A DNA stretch of 64,000 nt from Podarcis cretensis (Eukaryota): the NCBI GenBank assembly GCA_951804945.1, contig OX638155.1, positions 50,964,001 through 51,028,000 of the forward strand, given 5' to 3'. Shown in pieces: positions 12,067 through 25,042 of this stretch. Made by a program: the position numbers and the translations under genes. Each line of letters opens with the position of its first letter. Position 1 is the stretch's first letter. The notes under the pieces were generated by a model that did not search any database, was not told the DNA's origin, and saw only the letters and a program-made list of their open reading frames with translations.

Positions 12067-12069
12067 TAA

Positions 12070-12595
12070 TGGCAAATTTATTGTGCGGCCACACTTGGAA
12101 TACTGTGTACAGTTCTGGTTGCCACTTCTCAAAAAGGATATTGTAGAGCTGGAAAAATATGAAGAAAAGGCAACTCGAATGAGTGTAGGGCTGGAATAAC
12201 TGCCCTATGAGGAAAGGCTATAACATTTGTGGCTTTTAAGTTTTGAAAAAAGGCAAGTTGGAAGGAACATGAGAGAGGGAGAAAGAATAGTGTGGGGGAA
12301 GTAGATAGAGAAAAAGGTTTCTCTCCTCATATTAAAAACTGGAGCCAACCAATGACACCAAATGGTGGGAGATTCAGGAAAGGATATCAATGGCTGCAAG
12401 TCGTGATGGTTATATATTAGCTCCAGCATCAGAGGGAGCATACCGGGGAACAACAGTGGGAGAAAGCCATTGTTCTCATGACCTGCCTGCTGCCTTCCTA
12501 CAGGCATTGGTTATTCAGTGTGGGAAGCAGGATGTAGGCCTAGATGGGCTTAGGGTCTGATCCAGACCTAGTTTTGGACTAGTTTTCTGTTCTTA
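12070..12595 (+). mobile_element. CR1 LINE 3' fragment
   Basis: Degenerate [24 protein letters not shown]...LPYEERL ORF2 tail and CR1-type 3' end (ctagatgggc...ctgatccag). Confidence 0.85.
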
Positions 12596-13610
12596 CTTTC
12601 ACCTCAGTTTTATAGCATTATGCATACTTTCGAAAATCTGTCTGATGAGAGTCAATGTTGGGACAAAAAAAAACCACATGCACGTACGCTGCCAAAAAAG
12701 AGTCTCCAGTGACCCTTAACTCCTTAAAACCATTTTCTATCTCTACGCCATATTTTATTTAATTCCACCATTTTATTGATTTCTACTGCTGATTTTTCCA
12801 TTCAGGGCATATTATTTTTTGACCCATATGCTCAGCTCTAATGCAATTTTAATCATACTGTTCCTTGATGCAAAGTATTACATGGAATACTTACGGTTTG
12901 CAACATAGAGACCCCTTTTTTAAAAAACCCAAAAACCCTTGCCTGTTCAATTTGCTAAGTCAATTTCCATCACTCAAGTGTTTCTCCATTTTTCTTCTTC
13001 CCCAGGAACATTAAGCAGGTTCCAAGTTGGTGACCTTTTGTTCTTGGGAGGACATATTCATTCAGCATTGAGTTTCATCTTACCATTAAAAATGGCAAAA
13101 ATTCTTTGCATAGCAAAAAAACATTTCTCCATTCAAATTTACATGTGAAGTTGCACAATGCACAGAAAAATGCATGCTCTACAGGGATACATTTTTATTG
13201 GACGCAATAAAATCCTGTTCTCAAATGTGGTTTACTTCCAAACCAATCTAGAAAAGTGCAAACTCTAGAGGGGGGAAAATGAACACCAAGGCTGCTATCC
13301 TATACCCATCTTATTGTGAGTAAGACCCACAGAGCTCAGTGAGGTATACTTTTAAGTAGATATATACAGGATTGTACTTAAGCCTTCAAGAACTATGAAA
13401 TGGGTATGGGCTAATTGAGGAAATAATTCTTTCTGCAGAAGATCTGGGGGATCCCAAAGCATCTGAATTCACAATTATGACAGTAGGACTTGCAATCCTG
13501 GGTCAGGAAATCAAGTTCACCCCATTATCCAGATCAACACTTTTAAGTATATGATCTGGACCTACCATCACCACCCATCTTTATTAGAAAAAAGAAAGAC
13601 CATGACTTAC

Positions 13611-14789
13611 TGCTTCTGATTTAGGAGGCACAGGTGGTGGAGGTAGGGAAACTTCTGGAGATTTTGATGTTACTGTTATAGGCCCAGGTGCTGGAAGAGA
13701 AGAATTGCCACACTTGGACCGGAAAGAACTCTTATAGCTGTCACATTTGTTCTTCTCACTTTGTGAGCGAGTGAAAGGCTGATCATTCATTTTCCCACCC
13801 CCCTGGTCCAGCCACAGTTCCTCATAAGGAAGTTCCGGTTTGATAGGCAAACACAACGATTCTTCACAAACTTCAGGGAACAGGTAGTCGCTGCTGCCAT
13901 CGCCAGAGTCCTGGCACTGCAGGGCATCATGGGAGAATAAAGCCCACTCATTGCACAAGTCCCTGCAGCCGTGAAGGTTCACCTCACTATTTCCATGGAG
14001 GTTGTTTCCATAAACACAAACCGAGAGGCGGTGGAAGGATTGCGTCAACTCGTCCCGAGCGTAGCTAAGAGAGTTTGGTATGTGGTTGTGGCTGTGGGGC
14101 CGGGCTTTCTGCGGACTTTTGCACTCTTCATTCCAGTCGGCTTTCACATCTCTCACGCCACGGGAATACTCGTCTATGTCAAACTGCTCTTGGCAGAGAC
14201 TGAACCAGTGCTTGACAAAGGCTTCATGACCCACCTCCCCTTTCACAAGGCTTTCGGGGAGCGTGAACTTTGGAAGAGCCAAATGCAAAGGGAAGTGCAT
14301 GGGAATGATTTTGTTGCTGTGCAGCGCACAGCAAACCACCACAGTCTTGGTCTGAATGTTGACAAACTTGTAGCGGTGCCCCTCGCGGACAAAATGCAGG
14401 TCGTAAGGGTTTCGCGGCGGAGAGCTGGGCACAGTCACATTCACGGGCAGCCGCGTCTTCTCCACAATGTTGCGAATGGTGTGTTCGCCCTCCTGCATCT
14501 GCAGCTCCAGGGGGCTGCGTGTGCTGAAGCGGCCCTTGCACTGGAAAGGAAGGCTGATGCTCTCGTTGGTCCTGTGGTTCATGCAGATCAGGCATGGCAT
14601 CTTGCCTCTGCCCAGCTTGCTGATGGAATTGAGCTTCCCGATTTTCTTGAAGATGGTGTTGAGCCGTGACTTCTCCTTGGAAGATTTTGCATAGAGGATT
14701 TCCGCTTGCCCCATTAACGTCAGCTCGTCTCCCGTGCAGAGGGTGATGTTGTAAAGCTCGGTGTCTTCGTTGCATTCGCCCGAAGCCAC
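13611..14789 (-). CDS. GAREM1: GAREM1 exon 4 (1179 nt), remainder of CABIT domain, ELPYEEL tyrosine motif and first proline-rich motif (PPPPVPPK)
   Basis: Acceptor ttctgtgctacag|GTG, donor GCA|gtaagt. 393 uninterrupted codons VASGECNEDT...PPVPPKSEA, within ORF 13584..14798. Confidence 0.96.
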
Positions 14790-15274
14790 CTGTAGCACAG
14801 AAAATTTAAGAGATGCCCGGATAAGTCATTTCGAACATGAAGCATAAAAGCAACAGCTGCAGAAACAACAAATTAAAAATTATTGAAACTGCAGATAACG
14901 GATCAAGATTTATTTAAAATGTCTTATTTAAATTTCCTCTACAACCAACCTGATTTCTTTACTGAATATGAAATTCTATGAAACCATATGTACACAGGCA
15001 ATTCTGACATATCCTGGAAAAAATTATGCCCCAGCCAAAGAATAAAAACAATGCAATTAATGTAGGGAAAGCAAACATTTGAACCGAGTAAGACCACCCC
15101 CTGCTAAGCCTTGCAAATTAGGACTGACTTTGCTGAATTTTTCATCCCACTCCCATAACTGGCAGTGTGGCAGGTGCCAGCTGCATTCTCTCTTTTCTGG
15201 CTTAAGACAGCCTCTATAGTTCTGCCATGGATCTGTGCTTCAAGGACATAATGGAGTACTACAATGGTTGAATA

Positions 15275-15277
<3 letters not shown>

Positions 15278-15311
<34 letters not shown>
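15278..15311. repeat. (TG)n microsatellite
   Basis: Direct inspection. Confidence 0.95.
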
Positions 15312-15321
<10 letters not shown>

Positions 15322-15752
15322 AGGAGGTTAAAACATAAAGGAGAATATACAAGTGCTATCAGTGAAGATGACACAGAGTTGGGCTACAAATGCTAGTGTT
15401 TCCTAAGCCCAGGAAACAATCAAATTCTATTACTGTAGGAAAGGTGACAGGCAGAGCTTACTACTTGGGACTGATCATGGCCTGGAGGAATTGCAGCTTA
15501 TCCCAAGGCAAGTAGCCAAGTGGCAAGCTACATGGCTGAACCAAGAGACACAGAGAATCAGGAGTGAGCAATACTGAATGCACAAGTTAGGTTGCAGAGC
15601 CTGCCTCCCCTTGATGAAACTTTACAATTTCATAGAAAAATTGCCACTTTTCTGGTCTACACTCTTTAAGAGTGTCAGAGGCAAGTTTCTTCAGCTGGAT
15701 GCGGGGAAGGCTAGGTTTTCTTGGGTCTCAGCCTTGGGTGTATATTTGTATT

Positions 15753-15985
15753 GTGCGGTGTAGTGGCTAAAGCACTGGACCTGGGAGTCCTGGGAGCACT
15801 GGACCTGGGAGTCCAGGGTTCAAATCCTCATGCAGCCATGAAGATCACAGGGCAACCTTGGGCCAGTCACTGTCTCTCAGTCTATCCTACCCCACAGAGT
15901 TGTTGTGAAGATAGAATGGGGAGTGGAAGAACCATATTTTTGTATGCCACCTCGATTCCTTGGAGGAAGGATGGGTTATAAATAT
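15753..15985 (+). mobile_element. tRNA-derived CORE-type SINE (MIR/Squam3-like)
   Basis: A box ggtgtagtggcta, B box ggttcaaatcc, CORE ccttgggccagtcact; internal tandem duplication of agcactggacctgggagtcc. Confidence 0.75.
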
Positions 15986-16119
15986 AAAAATACATAGGGA
16001 ATTTTTTTTAAAAAAATGTTTTAAATTTAATTTGTTTTTCTCAATTGCTTTTTAATTGCCTGTAAGACAGAGTTGTTCCACCTGGTCTTTGGCTTAGAAT
16101 CAGTTTGATTCCCTCCCCC

Positions 16120-16279
16120 TCTTTCTTTTTCCTTTCTCCTCCTGTGAAGAGGCTGCATCCTAATGTTTTAATGTTGTATCTTAATCTTTTAAATTGTATT
16201 TTAATCAACTTGTTTTTATTATTGGTTGTTAGCTGCCCTGAGCCCGGTCTTGGCTGGGGAAGGTGGGGTATAAATAAAA

Positions 16280-16316
<37 letters not shown>
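16120..16316 (+). mobile_element. L2-type LINE 3' end with (TAT)n tail
   Basis: gttagctgccctgagccc...ggtggggtataaataaaaa followed by a (TAT)n run at 16281-16316. Confidence 0.7.
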
Positions 16317-16317
<1 letters not shown>

Positions 16318-17213
16318 ACCTGTTCTTATTGTATGATTGGAAATCACCCTGAGACTTATATGGAAGGAGATTCATAAATTTAAAAATAAGAAATAAATAT
16401 AAGCTAATAAATAAGAATGGAATGGAGCTAGTAATGGCTAGGGCTCCAAGAGCATGGCATGTGAGAAAGCATCACATTTCCACACATAAACAGAGTACTG
16501 CCTAAAATCGTCGGCTCTTTTACACCATATGCATTTTTGTTACTGAGTTAAGTGTAGATCCCAATCTGATGATCAGCCTAAGAACCACTCCTTCCAGTCA
16601 CACTGGAAATTGCACAAATGGAATGCAGAAGGAATAGAACAAACCCATCAGACGTGTTTGGGCATCCACTATATTCATGTAATTCAAAATAATAATATTA
16701 ATTGCATCCACACAAACTAAACAAATGGGCTACAGACTTTTAGCTCTTGATACATTCTCCAGTCCTTTGTCAACCCTTTCCTATTTACTGAGGCCATTGT
16801 TCCTTAGTGAGCAAAAATATTGAGTTCGCAATACCTCCCACAAACACATTGCCAGAGTTAAGAAATCACAAATAACTTATACTTTTCCCAGTAGGAAAAT
16901 ACATCCCCCCCCCACAAAAGGTTGCCAGATTTGGTCATGGAAGATCCAGGTTCAAATCTCTGCTGAGCCATAACATTCATCTGCGTAGCTTTAGGCAAGT
17001 TACTGTCAAGCTTAACATATTACACAGGAATGTGAAAAAGAAAAGTAAGAATATATTATAAACTCACCTTGAATTCATGAGATAGGACAAGAATGATGGC
17101 CTTTTCCCCAACCCCTCCAGTGTTTTTGAATGTATGTATGTGTGATTTTACCCCACCCCTGTAATTAACAACTCGCCTGGTAGCTATAGGAGACCTGGCA
17201 TTTTATGCTAGAT

Positions 17214-17380
17214 AAGTGGTGTTCAAACTTTTTTCAAAGAGGGCCAGAATTGATGAAGTGAAGGGCCATGAGGGCCGACCAAAGTTAAGCTTTTTTTTAG
17301 GATTGAAGTTGTTGGGCTTTTTTAAGGATTTTACCCCAGGGGCCGGATTAGGCCCCTGAAACAGACTTTGGACATGCCTA
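17214..17380. mobile_element. hAT MITE (gggccg-type)
   Basis: Ends ..gtggtgttcaaact / actttggacatgccta; TSD tgctagat/tgctagag. Confidence 0.75.
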
Positions 17381-18301
17381 TGCTAGAGAGTGCATGGGAA
17401 ACAAATGAGCTGCCACCCTATTGGTTCTGGTCTAGGGAGGGAGGCGGGAGGCCTTGGCCCATCCAGCTGCCTCCAGTGCAATGGATCAGAGAGTTGGGTT
17501 GCACCCTTTCCCAACACAGATAATTACACAGCATAATATATTCCTTTTGTTCCAAAAGCCTATTCACATTCAGAGTGGCATTCAGTTTCTGCTTCTTAGT
17601 ATTTGTAGTTGTTAACTGCATGCTACCACATAAGTAATGAGCATAGCAATTCTAACTCGCCTTTATACTCTGGGGATAAGGTGAAATATCCTGGAGATCT
17701 GCTTGCACAGAGACTGCCACATCCAATTCCCTATGGGAATCTTACCTCCACTGACTAAAATAGAAGGGAATGGACTGTACCAGATCCATAGTTAAGTGAA
17801 CCATTACTGAGACCATGCTAGGGAAACAAAGGGGCTTTGTATCATGCCCACACCTACCCGTGGCACTATCCGCTTTCCTCCTCTCTCCTGGTCAAACATT
17901 GCTGATGGAGCGCCAATGCTGGTAGAACTTTGATGCCAGCAGAACTTTCCACTGGTGCAAGTGTTGTTCTGCTAGTGTATGTCTACCTTCAAAAACATGC
18001 AAAGCCCTTGCTAAGTGTGAATAACAACTTGACAGAACTGGAGGAGATGCATCTTATGCATGTGCTTAAAGCTGAATACTTTGGCATGAACAGCATGCCT
18101 GGCTAGTTTTGCACTTTCAGAGTTTCCCAAGAGGAAGTAATTCAAATGCTGTGTTCAAATCTACACATCCTCAACAGAGCTAATCCAGGAAACAATCAGG
18201 ATTTCCCTGTACGTGATACTCATTTACAATTCAGGTCAATGCCATGGCAGTATTATGAAACATTAATATTAAACAATGGTAGATTTCACACCGTGATTAA
18301 C

Positions 18302-18304
<3 letters not shown>

Positions 18305-18362
<58 letters not shown>
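18305..18362. repeat. (TC)n(CA)n compound microsatellite
   Basis: Direct inspection. Confidence 0.95.
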
Positions 18363-20227
18363 TCACTCACTCAAACTCACACACTTCTAGAGCTGCTTCA
18401 CACAAGACTTTTTTGCTCCATGAACATCAGTGCTGCAAGGAGAAGGGGCATTTTGGACACATTAGTATTTTAAATTAAACATAGACATGGTAAAACAGGC
18501 ACGTGGAGTGTTTTTTCCCCTTCAAAAAGCCCTCACATGTTTTGTACACATTTTCCTACAGAAATACAGTATTCATTGAAGACAGATATCCTGTGTGATG
18601 TAGACTTCCAAGATGGGATTTAGTTTCAATTTAAGTAATATCAACTGGAGATAAGAACACTCTGAACTTTGCAGAACACTCCCCTCTCCTCACATTTTTG
18701 CATTACACACACGGTGACATCTCCCATGAGAAACAAGAAGCAACAGAGTGGCCCCTGATTCCTCTTTTTGCATGGTCTATGTCATGTGTGAATAGGCAGC
18801 TTGCACACTTGCTCTATGAACTCAACACACATCTGAGTGCAAAGATATGCAAGTCCTTGTACTGCAAATTTGACAGGATGGGCAAGACTGTTGCTGCTCA
18901 AGTTTAACACCTGAAGACAAAGTCCCTTGCTTAGAGAAGTAATTTCATGTCAGTTTTGTTATTCTGAAGCAAAGGTGCACATAAAAAGGTGTTCATTTGC
19001 ACTTTCATTTATTAATGACAGAGACAAAAGAGATATGTAAAGCATTATAAATTAGTAATTTCTGACATAGCTCAAATACAGTTCTGCACTACCACAGATA
19101 TCAGGCTCAGCCAGCTATTAAGTGACTGCAGCAATTTATCTTATGTGTGTATAATGAACTGAAATAAAATGCTAGGTATCAGGGAAACCTAATTTCCTAA
19201 ACAGTATTTAAAACATCTAACAATAAGTACATTAACTGGGTAGAGAAAAATGACATTTGCAAAGTTTCTTCTAAACTATGCGTCATGGCATCTAACTCCT
19301 CTCCAGCTTAAGCTACAACTGCTATCTAAAGACAAACACAGTAAAGTTGTGCTTAGAAATGCCATGGGGAACTATAGCTCAGAACTGCAACGCTAATTGC
19401 TTTGTCTAGGATTTCCACCCTCTGGCATGCCAATGGCATTAATGAGCACATCACTTAGCACAGCCACCCTCATATCCGGAGCTCCTCCTTTTGTGGTGGT
19501 ACACATAAGAGACTTCAGAAGAAGTGATGATGTGCATTCATTGCCACCACCTCCGCATTATACTGCAATGGTCAAAGACCTCTATTAATACCTCCAGCGT
19601 TCTGAAAGTGTTTGCAGTGTGGTCACAACTTGAGATCAAGGTCCCAGTGTGCTTGGTCTGACTCCTCTGCTTCCTCCCTCCCACGCTGGAGTCTCGGCTG
19701 CAGAATAACTCCTTTTGTTGCCTTACTGTACCGTTTCCAGCCTCCTCTTTCCCCGTACATTTGGAAACACATTTTTAGAGCTGAATTTGGGATTAGGGCC
19801 CCTTGCTGGTCTAGAGGCAAAATGTATGAGACTACATCGCAGAAAGATTGGATTCAATTTTGCATCAACAAAGTAATGCTTCAGTGTACTGAAAATATTT
19901 GCATTCATGGACTTGAAGCTTTACCCAGAGAACCTGAAATATCTTGCAGTTAGATTATTGGGTAAGAATCCTCAACAACTTTCCCCCTTTTCTTCAGAGA
20001 CTAAACCTATTGAATTACCACCTCCAGGATCAGGAGGCTCCAGTTCATTTTCTTCTGCCACTATGCTGGAAGGAGTGTGTGTGTTTAAAACTTGCAGCCC
20101 CAAGTTCTGCTTTCAAGAAAGAGATGTGGGATGGGGTGAACACTCAGTAACTTAAATTAGACTTGGGTATGATTCATGTCACTGATTCCCATCTGGCCAG
20201 TTTTGCGATTCAGGCATTGCACTAGAG

Positions 20228-20347
20228 CAGGGATGGGGGACCAGGTACTGCTGGAGTCCAATTCACATCTGCCCCAGCTAGCATTGCCAGTGGTCAGGGA
20301 GTTGGAGTCCAATTAACATCTGGAAGGCCAAAGGCTAGTCACTTCTG
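20228..20347. mobile_element. Degenerate hAT-type palindromic MITE (similar copies at 31384-31520, 48991-49129, 55590-55727)
   Basis: cagggatgggg start and ...caacatctgga core shared across the copies. Confidence 0.6.
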
Positions 20348-21950
20348 CACATATAGGATGCACATATAGGATCCAGTCTGAGGCTTTTAACTGGCAGTGA
20401 CAGGCATTGAACCTGGGAATGAGCTACAGTCCCTCAGCTTGACTAACTGGCAGATTTGAGTCTTGGCCTCAGATTTAACACCTAACTCAACCCTATTAAC
20501 CTGATGTATTGGTTGCATTTGTAACCCTCTGTTCCTCCAAGGGGTTCAGGGCTGCTATTCATTAGGTCATCACATTTTAGCCACATGACAAAACTTGTGA
20601 GATAGTATAAGCTGAGAGATAATGGCAGGTCCAAAGGCACCAAATAAACTTCACAGTTGAGATGGGATCTGAAGCTAGATTTTCTACGCCCAAATATAGC
20701 CTTCCAGTATGGGAAAATTAGCTCCTAACAAATAAAGGGGCAGACCAAATAGGAAGGTTTTATCATAAGTTTGATCATTGGCAATTTAGCTGTTTTCAGA
20801 TATCACGTTACTGGCTCTTCAAATTATTGGTTAGAATATGGTTCAAGAATAGGTGATGAGAAAAATTGATTCTTTCTTCTCACTTGCACCTTGAGAAGAC
20901 GACCTGGTTTCCTCAAACCAGTTTTCTGTGACATCCAAACTGGCAAACTGTGGTTTAATTAATCCCTCCAAACCAGGATTGCAAACCATAGTTTGATGAG
21001 CAAAGAGGAAGCTGTCTTATATCAGGTCAAACTATTTGTCTCACTAGCCTAATGTCATCTTGGCAGGGCTCTCCATTTCTATCTTCAACAATAGTTGCCA
21101 TGTTCAGGTGTTACATTCTAGATACTCAAATTGTGATTTGCCTAGGGGGCTATAGCTCATTCCCAGGTTCAATGCCTGCCACTGCCAGTTAAAAGGCTCA
21201 GACAGCAGGTGGAATATACCTTTGCCTATATTATCTTACAGGACTTTCCTGAGGACAAAACAATATATTTATAATACTTGCAAAGGAGTTCACTGTGCAC
21301 CTCTCATGCCTTATATATCAGGAGCTGTAAAACTCAGGCTGGAAAATAAAATTTTTCTACCTAGAAAATGCTCAAATGACTTTGCCATTTTTTTATTTAT
21401 TTTTTGCTAAAATTATAATGTCTACCTGCAATTTATACCAAACCACCATGAATACTTCAACTTCTAAAACAGGGGAAAACAGACAGTGCTCTTGCAGCTT
21501 TGGGAAGTTACATACTCCTAATTATTCATTGCACAAATATGATAACATAAGTTCAGTGTGTGAATACCAACACAGACATATTAGTGGTCATTATAATCTC
21601 CCAGAGTATGCTGTTCTGTTCTGCATCTAATATAGAATCAATGTACACAGATTTGTGTGTTGTGTGTTGTACAGACATAACCCAAGAGATCCTAGCAGGA
21701 GATCTCCCAGTTGGCACCATTTGGAACTCCCATGAGACTCACTTGGCTTTTTCTCTAAACTTGTGTGTGTGTGTGTGTGTGTAGGAATAAACCTGAAGAT
21801 CAGCAGGGCCGAATCCAATTCTAACATGCTTAACTTTCTGACTTAGATGTTACACCCTCTTCTCAAATTTTACTGAATATTAATAATGTTATCTTGACTA
21901 TAGATGAACTTGCTCAAATGAGAGGCCAAGCATACATAGCCACATCCAAA

Positions 21951-22153
21951 GTACATAGGAACATAGAACTATGCCTTGTATTTAAACAACCCATCAATCC
22001 ATGTAGCTCAGTACTGTTTACTATAGATTGGCGGCGGCAGCCCTCCATGGTTTCACAGACTAGGAACATTTTCCAGTCCTACTTGGAGGTGTCAGGGATT
22101 GATCCTGGAACTTCCTGCATGTAAACCAGTGCTCTACCATTGAGCTACTGCCC
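21951..22153 (-). mobile_element. tRNA-derived SINE (possibly Squam2-like)
   Basis: Minus strand begins gggcagtagctcaatggtagagcac (A box) ... ggatcaatccc (B-box-like); tail seen on + as acataggaacatagaa. Confidence 0.7.
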
Positions 22154-22992
22154 TTACAGTGATAGACCGCCATCTTGGATAGGCCCATCCAGTATGTGCA
22201 CCTCCCTAGGAAACAATTACTTATTTTTCTAAAGTGATTGTGGCAACAGGAAATAGCTTGTGGTATTTAACCGTTAAGGTGAATCCAGAACAAACATGGA
22301 AACTGCTAGAGGTCATTCTAAATGGCTAAAACACTTTAACATACAAGATTGGGAAGAGAAAGAGAGAGAGAGAGGAACAGTCTACAGACACTGCAGTCAG
22401 AATTTATGTGGGGAGTAGTTTCTGACATTACTTTGTTTAACAGTGCCACGGCCTCCCTATTTGCAGGGCTTAAAGAAAAAAGCAACAACATGTCATCTGA
22501 ATCATGTTATTTCTCGTGGCTGCTGAATAGATTTTAAATCAAGGAATCATTAGTCCTTTCTGTTTCCATGTAAATGCTGATAATCTTCACCAGTGTTGAG
22601 GGGTTTCAATAATAGTCCATACAGCCCCTATGTAGCCTAAGACATTCTGTGGAGTGAATGAAGCAGCTGCTCCCTCACCAATTAAAATCTAAGGGGTCGG
22701 AGGGGAGGGAGAGGGAAAGGGAGTGAACAACAAAAGAATCTCTGTCTAAAATTTGGAGGCAATTAAACAGATCGGAAAAGAACATTGCTTATTGAAGGTG
22801 GTTCCCTCTTTGAAAAAGTCTTCGTATATATCTCGCACTGATTCACAGAGACTTCAGGATGGGTTTGGGGGAAATGTACACAGTAAGTTGCAGTTTAAAT
22901 ACCATCAGACTAAGACAACTCAACAACCCAAAATTACTTCTCCCACAGAGCACAGTTGCTCAACTTCCATGTGTATATATATAAAGGGTTTA

Positions 22993-23346
<354 letters not shown>

Positions 23347-24581
23347 TTACCAAGCTTTGCTAAACCGGAATTAGAAGAATGTGTGTGGGCCGACGTGAAA
23401 TTTAATAGAATTTACAGGCGGGCTCTCTGGAAGTGGACTGAAAGCACGAATGCATTCTCATGGTAGAATTACACACAGATTTCTGCACATTTAGAACTTT
23501 CTCCAACACGTTACAGTACTTTATGTGTTAAAAGCACAAACTCAATTTTTACAGGAAAATACCCCAGAAAAAGAAAAGCACAGATCTGTAAGAACTGAAG
23601 AAATTTCACTGGCCAATTCACAGTGTTCCCAAGAGCCCCTTTTGAGGGGCACAAAGCTTAGGGATATTCACCAGTTTTCAGAATTTCTGTTCTGCTGCTT
23701 CACAAAACATTGCATTTTTGAAGCCACTTTCATGGTCACATAATAGGTTAAACTGTCAAGTCACTAGAGTTCTGTGAAAACAGGCAGTGTTATTAGTGTT
23801 TATCACAATGCACTGATATGCTTTCTGGTTGTTTTGTACTACGTTGCCAATTAGCCCCAGGCAGCACGGCCAATGATCAGGGTGATGGCCATTGTAGTCC
23901 AAAACATAAGGAGAACAGGATCCCAGCAAGATGGCTTTTGGGAAACCTAAGTCTTTATTTCCCATGCTTGATACTTACTGTATATGGGCAGTACAAGCTA
24001 GTCTGGAAATAAAGCCTGTTGATGTCACAAAATACTCACAATGGGTTATCTGCTCCACATACCAATACTCTGTATATAAATTTGGGGTCACATATGGGAA
24101 GTTCATTTAAATAAAACCTAATTGTATTATGTCTAGCACAATACAGTTTTTTTTACAAACTGGGAATGTATGGTAAAGATTTACTTTTGCTTGGAATAAG
24201 ATCTGGATGGTAAAAGCACCATTGTTTGGGGCCTATTCACATGAACATTTTATCAGTGGTAACAGCCAGCACATGAAACTGATATATTGCATGAATCAAT
24301 TCCTACAATTCAACCATGGTACTAGCTTTGCTATAATGTGGACACAATATCAATCAATGAAGATAAGCTTATCAAATGATAAGATTAATTTGTAATAAGT
24401 ACCACCAATGCAATACTGTGGATTTGACATCCGTGACTGTAATTTATAGAAACTAATTATCAGCAACATGCACTTAAAATATCAATAGTGTGCGGTAGAA
24501 TGTAGCAGTCATGAACTCACCAATAATTTAAACCTTTTTTTCGTATAGGTATATACACCCCCACCCCCACCCATTCTTATT

Positions 24582-24875
24582 TCCATTCTTAAGGAAATAA
24601 GCCCTGAGTGCTCACTGGAAGGACAGATCGTGAAGCTGAGGCTCCAATACTTTGGCCACCTCATGAGAAGAGAAGACTCCCTGGAAAGGAGTTGTGAAAG
24701 ATTGAGGGCACAAGGAGAAGGGGACGACAGAGGATGAGATGGTTGGACAGTGTTCTCAAAGATACAAACATGAGTTTGACCAAACTGTGGGAGGCAGTGA
24801 AAGACGGGAGGGCCTGGCGTGCTCTGGTCCATGGGGTCACGAAGAGTCAGACACAACTAAATGACTAAACAACAA
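24582..24875 (+). mobile_element. BovB (RTE-clade) LINE 3' fragment
   Basis: SILKEISPECSLEGQIVKLRLQYFGHLMRREDSLE...RRRGRQRMRWLD peptide and canonical tail gtccatggggtcacgaagagtcagacacaactaaatgactaaacaacaa. Confidence 0.92.
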
Positions 24876-24902
24876 TAGCTTTTTGCTGCTTTCCCCTGAC
24901 AT

Positions 24903-25042
24903 ACAGAACATAAGAAGAGCCTGCTGGATCAGACCAATGGCTCACCTAGTCCAGCATATCCTCTTCTCATTTCACATAGTGACCAAACCAGATGACTGTG
25001 GGAAACCTGCAAGCAGGATTCGAACACAGGAGCCCTCTCCCC
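24903..25042 (-). mobile_element. CR1-related 3' terminal fragment
   Basis: agaacataagaagagcctgctggatcagaccaatggctcacctagtccagc is the reverse complement of the 3' end type seen at 12520-12595. Confidence 0.65.

Noticed and set aside
13971-14669. 232-aa antisense ORF (and the 183-aa alternative-frame ORF 14224..14775)
   Set aside because: Both lie wholly within GC3-rich GAREM1 exon 4; no recognisable domain and a GTG start for the antisense ORF. Expected shadow ORFs.
15753-15830. tRNA genes (also near 22090-22153 and 35140-35214)
   Set aside because: A/B boxes continue into SINE bodies and tails; no complete cloverleaf.
19588-19815. Moderately GC-rich unique segment with several overlapping short ORFs
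   Set aside because: No convincing splice sites, termini, TSD or recognisable peptide; cannot be assigned from sequence alone.
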